64,000 bases of DNA. Source: Macrostomum lignano (taxonomy: Eukaryota). Both the position numbers and the translations under genes were made by a program. How positions within the stretch are numbered: position 1 is the stretch's first letter; every line of letters starts with the position of its first letter. Below the pieces are notes generated by a model that was not told the origin of the DNA, did no database searches, and worked only from the letters and a program-made list of their open reading frames with translations. This document shows positions 51,291 through 64,000 of the stretch, piece after piece. The stretch covers positions 1 to 64,000 of the forward strand of contig NIVC01002585.1 in the NCBI GenBank assembly GCA_002269645.1. Direction: 5' to 3'.

Positions 51291-53536
51291 GGGATTGAAA
51301 AGACATACTGCTGCATATATGAATATATTTGCTCTAAAAGGTATCCTAGCAGAGCAAACAACCCTGCTAGGGCTACAGCTTTGTGGCCTAGCACCTTTGC
51401 CAATATTGCACTCAAAGCAAGGTGGCAGATGTCATAGTGCCACACTACAGGTTGCATGGACAGCCTTATTAGGCTAGTCGTCTTACTGTTGCTGGTCTTC
51501 TGGAACACTGTAGTGAGGTTGTTTCACTGTAAGTACATAGCTATAATGTCACCTTAACTATAGGCCTATCTAACTATATGATATCTATTGCCAGGACCTG
51601 CACCAGAGCAGTTACGAAAATTAGATTTCTCAGTAGTTGCACGCACTCTTTTGCACTACTTGAGTAGTCTGATTTTCGTTTGGCATGGCTGGTTCCAGAA
51701 GGTAGTTCCTCTGGATAAAAGTGCTTACCGCGCCCATTGGCTTTCCAGCTGCCTTAATCGTTTCCGGTGATCTTGTGTGCGTGCTTTCAACTTGATTGGC
51801 TGCAGCAAGCTTCGCTTGCTCTTTCTCGCTATCTACTATATGATATCAGCTGTCCAATTTTTACTTTATATCTTTGACTTTATCTCTCCACTTTTTAATG
51901 CTCAATTTAAAATACTTTTACCTTCAAATTTTTAGTAGCTGTCCAATCCTTAGCTTCTAATTTGTAGCCACAAACTTTGAACTTCAAAATCTTTCCACTT
52001 TTTAATGCTCAATTTAAAATACCTTTACCTTCAAATTTTTATTAACTATCCAATTTAAATATTACCAATATAACATTTCAAAGATTATCAAAGAAACAAA
52101 TATTAGTTTCAGTTTTATAGCCCAATATCTAAAAGATAAGTTAAAAGTTGGATGAGTAGATTATATAAAATAGACCTACCTGAACATTTCCATAGCAGAC
52201 AAAATGACCCCATTGGTAGTTGAAATGACTTTACAAATATTAGTAGACAAAAAAGTGGCAGACAAAAGTCACAAAACTCTGTCAACCATAGAATAAGGCT
52301 TATAGTATACTAGTGTAGCATGTAGTATTATAATATATAAATAAAAATATAATATAAATGATATAACACAACTTGTTATAAATACTGATCATAGTTTTCT
52401 ATCTCCTTCTCCTAATAGCTAAAAATATACTTTAACTAAAAACTCTGATAGGCCTCAGGTTTATTGTTTGGCTAAGATATTAACTTGTTTTATTCTAATT
52501 GATTGACTAAGTATTTGACTGTTCTGTTATAGGTTCTGTTATAGCATATGACTTTTTTCAGCTTTCTCTTAATCAGCTCTCTAAGATTTGTTCCAGCACA
52601 GTTGTGCTATGATTCTGACTATGGGAGGGGAGGCCACTAGGCCTATGCCACTATTGTATTTACTTTAATTTGGCTTTGATACTAAGTCTAAATCCAAGAC
52701 AATATAATAGTTATGTACAGGCAAAATAATACTAAAATTGTTATTAGTTACATTTACACTTAGCTTAAGTTAATCCTTAGGCCCTAGCTTATCCTAACCT
52801 AACACCAGTAAAAAAGGTCATTAAAGGAAGCCATTTAAAAGCTAAAATAAGTCTGAAGTTGAAAATTTACGAATCGATGAGCAATACTGCAGCTGATGTG
52901 ACTAATATATCGACACTATATGATACAACAATATCAAGAATCTCTAATCGAAGGTAGATGTATGATATGATACCATTAGGCCTACCAAACGGTTTGTTTT
53001 AAATAAAGCAAGCAAACCCAAAAATTAATAAAGCAACTACATGTTTTTTCTTATTGCTTTAACTTTTATCCGTCTGTCATTGCTAACACTTCCCAAATTA
53101 GTCTAGGTTCTGCCAGGTTAGGTTCTGGTGACGATTTCTTATCAACATGACCCTCGATTGCTTCCTGGTTTTCGTAATTCCTGTAAACAGTATATGTTAA
53201 ATTTATACGCAAAAGTTCCAGTTAGACCAAAGTAGCGCGTTTTCTGATTTATTATTTTTTCCAGTATGCCACTTAGTAGACATAATCACAGTGAAAAATA
53301 TAGAATTCTATTCAATTTAGATTCTTTCATCAGTTTGTTTATCTGAGACTCGAATATCCATGGATATTGCACGAGGGCTCCGTATCGTAGGATGTAGTTC
53401 ACAGAGATTGATAACTGTTTGCTTGGTAAAACTTCTATTTCTGTTGTATGCTGCATTAATTAGGTCAAATTGCATTTAGAGTTTGCTTTAAAAGCATTTT
53501 AGGAACTCATATCAAATCATAATTGCAGTACAGCCT

Positions 53537-55866
53537 TGACTTACTGTATTTGACTTAGCTGCAGGGTGCATATGGTCCGTATACACAGCGGGAAAAGCGA
53601 GGGTGGCCCATTCCGCTAGCCCCTGAAGGCCCACAGACAGGCAGAGGCGTGGGGCCGGTCAGGGTGGTCCGCCGGTCCGTCCTGCTGCAGTGTGATCTTC
53701 CGTGGGGAAGAAAGTGGCTCGTCTTAATTGTCGCCCGAAGGAACTTTTGATGAGCCGTGGGATGCTGTCAGGCTGGCAGACCTCGTCAATGGACGGGTTC
53801 GGCCCCAGGTAGCGTAGCCGGCCTCTGGTAAAGAAAGGGCATGTGACAAAACAAAGTGCTGTCGAGCATCTTCATTGTCGTCGTACTCTCGCAAAAAGCG
53901 CAAAGTTTACTCTCGAGGTCGCCTAGCTCGGAGAAAGCACAGTATTGCTACTGGCCAGGAGGTTGAGCTGCCGGACGCAGTCGGCGACTGTCCGGGAGTT
54001 CGTTGTGGTGTGGCAAAGGGCCTGTAAGGCCGCTTTGGCTATCAGAGTGGATGTCAATAAAATATATAGTCTCTCCTCTCGTACCCTTAACTGGCGTTAG
54101 CTCTGCAGCGCAGGAGCTGATGGAAAGGACTTCGTTCTGGAAGACCGTAGAGAGTCTGCCAGTGTGCTGGGCATGCGTGGCAATGACGCGGCCGTTGATG
54201 ATGCAAACCCCAAAGTCGGCGAGGCCATCTTTGATGGATCCGTCGTCCGTGTAGCAGTGGACCTCCTGGAAATTCCAGTGTTCATTGCATGGCAGCATCC
54301 CTAGAGGGGATGGTGACCTTATGTATCTTTTCGAAAGAAACTTGCTTGTAGCGCTGAAAGAGGTTGAGAGTGCGGGGTTCACCGTCAGATAAGACGTGGA
54401 GCCCGCCCGCCGCCGTCTCTCAAGTCTTTGAGGCAGAGGTAGGCGTGAGACAGGAGCTTGCGCTTAGCCATGGCCCTGTGGGACAGGATACGAATGCCCA
54501 GCGTCAATTAGGCGGCGGGCAGTCCTAGCCGCTTCCCTGCGGACAAAGACGTCCAGCGGGGGAATGTTGAGGAAGGCGTTGAGGCCATCGTAAAGGAGCA
54601 GACGGGGGTGCGCTCATGATCATGCGGCATGCCCGCCCTTGCGTTCTCCTGAGAGCCTCCAGGCAGGTCTTTAACTGCAAGGCGCTAACCACAGATCAGG
54701 CCGCCATACGAGATAGCAGGCCTAACCATTATGCAGTGTAGATGAACCAGAGGCGCTTGGGGTTGAGCCCCCACCCAGGTGGTTTTACAGCCCTGCGCAA
54801 TTGCGCGAGGACGGAAAGGGCCCTCTTGGCTTTCGCATGAAAGTGGGGTGACCAGTCCAGCCTGTGGTCCTGGGTATTACCTAGACATTTAGTCTGCTTG
54901 CAGAAGGGGATTTCCCTTCCGTAAAGCGTGAGCGGCCGAATCTGCCACTTCATGGTCCTGTGAGAGGTTTGTTCTTCAGCTCAACAGAGAGAAGGCGCCA
55001 AAGCACCAGTCTCTCCATCAGCTTGACTGCAGGGAGGAGGTCAGGCTGATCGGTCTGAAGGATTTGATAGAATGGTAGTCCGGACGCCCTGGCTTAGGGA
55101 TAAAAATCACCTTTGCCTCGGTCCATGCCTGTGGGACATAACCAAAGCGTGACGCACGCCCGAAAAAGGCTGCAAAGTTTACGCAGGAAGCCTGCATGGG
55201 AATTTAACCGCCTCCCGGTACAATACCGTCGGGTCCTGGGGCTTTGAAAGGCTTGAAGTAATTTGCCGCTCTCACGATGCGGTCCTCCGTGATGATAGAG
55301 GCAGCCAGCGCGTGACCTCCCTCCGAGTGATCCGGAGTGGTCGGGTTAGCTGGCTCGTTGGGGAAAAACGCAGTGAGCATTACATCAAGCGTTTCCCCTG
55401 GGTTGTCCGTGGACGTACCGTCGGTGCGTTTGACCCAGGAGAGCTTAGACATTTTGTCCAGCGTGAGCGCTTTCACAACTCTGGAGGTGGGGCGTGAGCC
55501 CTCTAGCTCCTCACAGTATTATCGCCATCGCGACGGAGGTTGCCGAGCTCTGGATTCCACCACGGCGCGGATTTTTTTCCCTTTATAGGCTTTTAAAGGG
55601 CAGGATGCCTCAAAGGCGGTGGTTAGCGTCTCTGTCAACTCAGTCGCGCACTCATCTGCCTCTCGACACGACGTGATCGTGGATGGTTGGCCAGGAGACC
55701 GATGGAACTCCTTCAGGGCGAGCCTGAAGGTTTCCCAATCAGTGTTTCTGGCGTTCCGTCTCCACGTAACACGAGTTGCGCTACGCGCGGCCATCAGGTT
55801 GAAGGAGATGAACTTGTGATCCGAGAGTGAGGACGCAGGAAGTACCCGCCACGCCCCAATGCTTTG
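53537..55866 (-). mobile_element. 5'-truncated, internally deleted LINE (R1/LOA/I-group-like, with RNase H)
   Basis: Minus strand: endonuclease end (WRVLPASSLSDHKFISF), PFKAPGPDGI, WTEAKVIFIPKPG..FRPISL, thumb (KCLGNTQDHRLDWSPH), RNase H (YTDDGS, VFQNEV, HSDSQ), degenerate CCHC. 9-bp TSD GTACAGCCT (53528-53536, 55867-55875). Many frameshifts; central RT motifs not seen. Confidence 0.88.
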
Positions 55867-56477
55867 GTACAGCCTACTCTTTTACGCGCAATCAGATACA
55901 AAAAACAAAAGTTGTTAAAGCTAATTAGAAATATGCGCATTAATCGGGTGCTAAGTTTAACTAAGACGCTCGGAAAATAATTAGGAATGATTTGAAAGCT
56001 TCTTTGTATTTAATTTTCTTTATAGTAGTTTTTATGATTGCAGAAAAGAATTGTTGGCGAAATTTCTATATTAGCTCGTAGAATGAGACAAGAATTGTAA
56101 GCTACGGTGTTGCAATATGAATGGGATATAGCGTCGTGAAAATCATGCATTCTACTAATTAATGAGCGGAAAAAAAAGTTTTGAACATCTACCAAAGCTT
56201 AATTTAATTGCGTTAGATTTATAATAACTAATTAACTAATTTATTCTACGACTACTTAATGGTGCAAATTTTGAGAAAAAAAACGAAAAACTTCAATTTC
56301 TAAGAAATGACAAGACCAATAAACAAATATTAAACTTATTGCAGTACGTAGTGGACTGGCAGTGTTGTTTGTTTGAAAAAATTACAACAGAATAATAACA
56401 AAGTTTAAAACACAAAAACTACAAATTTTGAAGCTTCATGGTTTTCAAAAAAATCAACCAATCAATCACGTTGCTGA

Positions 56478-60887
<4,410 letters not shown>

Positions 60888-61789
60888 GTTTTTTTTCGAA
60901 AAAAAGACTTTTTACAATCTTGATATATGCAAACAATTGGCATAAATGTTTTGTCAGATTAGAGTAAATGAATTTTTAATTAGAACTAAACATTTACTTA
61001 AAAATCAAGTATAAGTAATATTCTAGTTATAAAAGAATTAAGATTTTGAATAATCTAGGTCAATAAAAATAAAGCATTTAAGTTCAAGTGTTAGCTAGCT
61101 CTAGCCTATAGGTTGCATTCATCCCACAAAGCCTTTCTATATGGCCCTTAAGTCCTTTAAAACTTTATAATAGAAATCTGGCCTTGTCAAGGTTTATGTA
61201 TTATCTCTCTTATCTTCTTTTTTCCTTTCTCTTATCTTTGCTTTTCTTTCTCTTGTCCTTTTTTCTCCTATCTCTTTTTATTTTTCCTCTCCTCTCTGAC
61301 TCTCACTCTTCCTCTCTTCTCTCTCTTTTTTCTTTGTCCATTAAACAAATCTGATAGAAAATTAACTACTTTCTAATAAAATAGTTTTTAAACAATACAT
61401 TCTTAATTGTATTATATTTATTTAAAAATTGCATTAGTAGGCCTATCAACTGGGATGCAATTTGTATCTCAATTTTAAAAAACTGCACATGAAGTATTTT
61501 GTTTAGTTGCAAATTTGCATTATAATGTTTAATAAAAAGCTGTATTAATTTACTTTGGAAGTTTCAGAAATTACGAGCGACGACGCCTACGAGTACGAGC
61601 TAATTTATAAAGAAAAATATTTTTTATAAATTATAACCTAGTATTAGTTATACTTATAGTTTATAAACAAATTAAACTATAACCTATTATTTAGGGCCAT
61701 CTAACTCTGCTATACTTGCATCATTTTGGCTTACTAGACTACAAAAATTTACCAATAGCTCCTGTAGGCTACCATCTCTCTGCATTTAT

Positions 61790-61840
61790 ATTATTGCCTG
61801 AAGATGCCGATTGTTCGGCGAAACATGTCGCGCGAAGATT
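61790..61840 (+). ncRNA. Minimal type I hammerhead ribozyme-like motif
   Basis: CTGAAGA-T-GCCGA(TTGT)TCGGC-GAAAC-AT-GTC: intact core boxes, 5-bp stem II, palindromic 2-bp stem III, GUC cleavage triplet. Stem I is only 2-3 bp. Confidence 0.5.
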
Positions 61841-62847
61841 AATGGTATAATTAAAGAAAAATGCGAATGTTCGTTTTTGCTTTCGTTTTCCTGGCTTTGC
61901 TCAAACGATGTACCTTACCTCGAACCTAGTATTTATTAGCATTGTCTTACAGAATACGAAAGACAAAAAATACTACAAATTTCGTTAAAATGCCTACAGG
62001 AGGCTTACAAACTATGTACTGCAGAAAGCATTTTCTTAGAATCTGCACAAGTTGAAAGCGGAAAATAGTTTTATTTTCATGTTTACATTTTATTAATTTA
62101 AAAAAATAATTATCTGCTATTTATCTAGCCTTTAATTAAAATTTTGTAATTTAACGCCAGATACTTGAGTTTTTAGTTTTCTTTTTGTTTTACAACCGTG
62201 GCTCCTTAGCAAAACAGATTCGCGCAGATTTAACATTAGCAAGTTATAGTTACATTTTTTCAAAGACTTGAAACTCGAGCTCATGTTGTTTGTCATTTGC
62301 AAAATGGGATCTATTTAACCGGGCCAGATATCATCTACTTTCACAAAAGTTTGTCTGATTGTACTCGGTTTTCAGGTCGCCTATTTAGATTATAGACTTG
62401 TAATTGTAGGCATTACTTTTTAGATTATATTTTATCTTGCTTTTGTCAAACGACTTTTTATAAGTATAAAGTTTTTTTCAATTATTTATTTTTAATATAA
62501 ACTTCCTGGAAAGTGTTTTAGGCATGACATCAAAAAAATTGTAGACGAATAAAGTTAGTTCTTTACTCCTACATATTCAGAGAACTATCAGATTAAATTT
62601 TTGGTTTTTATAAGATTGTCATGAAGTCTTAATTTGAATATGTAATATGGAAATTTCAGATAGTAAATGCCATAATTGTTGCAATTTACTCAATCTAGCA
62701 AAAGACCACGTAATTTCAAAATGAAGAAAAAAATAAGTAAAGAAAGCTGTTTAGAATAGTTTCATATAACATATAGTATTGTATCCATGTGACTTCGCTT
62801 GTTATCATAATGCATATCAAACTTATAAGAAATTCCAATATTAATGC

Positions 62848-64000
62848 ATGATGGATGAGTGTGTGAAATGGTTCGAAAGAAAATTGGAGTTCGCGGTGCA
62901 AGCAACTATCCCAGAAACAAAAAATCTCATTGAACAAGATGAATACAAGTAAGAATGTTTGCGCATTTTTGCCATCTAATTAAGTCACTGCTGATAATGC
63001 TGATGCTTATATAGTATTGAAACTTTTATATCCAATATTATTTTAGACTCGCATTTTACGAGTTCATCGACAATGAGGACGTCAAGAAGCTGTACGCCTA
63101 CAGACGCAACGGAGCTTTGCAGGTGTCCCTGTATCCACCGTACGATTTCCAAGGGAAATCTGTCTTCTTCCTCAAGAAGAGTCCTATTAAAATAACGCCA
63201 GAAAATATCAGTACGTGAAATATGCAACCTTTGATGCATCTATTTTGGGATTATTTCAACACAAAGTTTTCTTATGTGAACTACAGAGGGAAATCAAAGA
63301 GGGGTTCTATACGTGAGAATCGACCAAAGTCTTTTAGTGGGAGTCCTTGTCTTTTAGTGGGAGTCCCTGTCTCTTGGTGGGCGTCCCTGTCTCTGGGTGG
63401 GCGTCCCTGTCTCTTGGTGGGCGCCCCTGTCTCTTGGTGGGCGTCCCTGTCTCTTGGTGGGCGTCCCTGTCTCTTGGTGGGCGTCCCTGTCTCTTGGTGG
63501 GCGTCCCTGTCTCTTGGTGGGCGCCCCTGTCTCTTGGTGGGCGTCCCTGTCTCTTGGTGGGCGTCCCTGTCTCTTGGTGGGCGTCCCTGTCTCTTGGTGG
63601 ACGCCCCTGTCTCTTGGTGGGCGCCCCTGTCTCTTGGTGGGCGTCCCTGTCTCTTGGTGGGCGTCCCTGTCTCTTGGTGGGCGTCCCTGTCTCTACGTGG
63701 GCGTCCCTGTCTCTACGTGGGCGCCCCTGTCTTTTATTTTGTGGGGGCGCTTTGGTTGGAGGGGTGTTCGCGGCCCCCCTCTATCGCTGTTCAGCATGAT
63801 TTGTCGTCAAGGCACGTCACTGACGCAATCAATCACTCAAACATTCAAAAATCACACAGACTCAGAGGTCAGCTGCACCGAGGGCTCATCCTCGCTGCTC
63901 AACCACACCCACCTGCTACTGCGGGAAATCTTCCTGCCGAGCCTGTGCGCTGCCAGACCTGCCGCCGCGGTGCCTTCGTCCACGGCGTCCTACCAGCCTA
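62848..64000 (+). CDS. Probable axonemal dynein heavy chain, N-terminal exons (runs off the window)
   Basis: Exons 62848-62948, 63047-63210, 63860->64000 with compatible phases (2, 1): MMDECVKWFERKL...EQDEYK|LAFYEFIDNEDVKKLY...FQGKSVFFLKKSPIKITPENI|NSEVSC...LLNHTHLLLREIFLPSL, resembling the N-terminus of dynein heavy chains as recalled. Confidence 0.6.
63330..63730. repeat. Minisatellite, 20-bp unit (GCGTCCCTGTCTCTTGGTGG)
   Basis: About 19 copies in intron 2 of the dynein-like gene. Confidence 0.96.

Larger units (their letters stand above)
48881..52272 (+). mobile_element. Decayed Mutator (MULE) transposon encoding PHD-like, FLYWCH-like and DDE transposase domains
   Basis: Inverted repeats GTGATTTTGTCTGCCACCTTTTGTCTGCT (48881) and AGTAGACAAAAAAGTGGCAGACAAAAGTCAC (ends 52272); true ends uncertain. 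Transposase motifs WFLDRTFSIVKEPFVQLYSIH, DFEPAI*QALREVFPNAKLNGCIFHYSQAV, RTNNAIEGWH, with stops and frameshifts. Confidence 0.8.

Noticed and set aside
53040-53460. Exon-like minus-strand segments next to the LINE
   Set aside because: Short open frames with possible acceptors but no consistent splice chain or homology that I could support.
62200-62230. X-box upstream of the dynein-like gene
   Set aside because: GGCTCCTTAGCAAAAC matches only part of one half-site.

Overview
Eukaryotic (animal) genomic DNA with GT-AG spliced genes. By my count about a quarter of the window is intronic or intergenic minisatellite arrays, mostly with 20-25 bp units. That architecture resembles the flatworm Macrostomum; the taxon is inference only. 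Reconstructed host genes: ARPC4 (+), an ANKAR-like ankyrin/armadillo gene (-, 10 exons, 945 aa, perfect RFX X-box upstream), a two-exon orphan gene (+, about 370 aa), a divergent SLC6-family transporter (-, 5 exons, 641 aa), SCCPDH (-, 6 exons, 443 aa) and the first exons of a probable axonemal dynein heavy chain (+). Mobile DNA: an apparently intact EnSpm/CACTA transposon (27140-33724, CCC..GGG ends, TA TSD, 766-aa transposase plus a spliced BEN-like accessory gene), a decayed PHD+FLYWCH Mutator element, a decayed RNase H-bearing LINE with 9-bp TSD, three tRNA-derived SINE copies and several MITEs with 8-bp TSDs. The most unusual signal is two copies of one non-autonomous TIR element (CATACATGCGCAAC ends, 8-bp TSDs) that both carry a segment derived from 28S rRNA helices 69-71, the target region of R2 retrotransposons and I-PpoI. 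A minimal hammerhead-ribozyme-like motif lies at about 61798. All family assignments rest on remembered motifs, not database searches.
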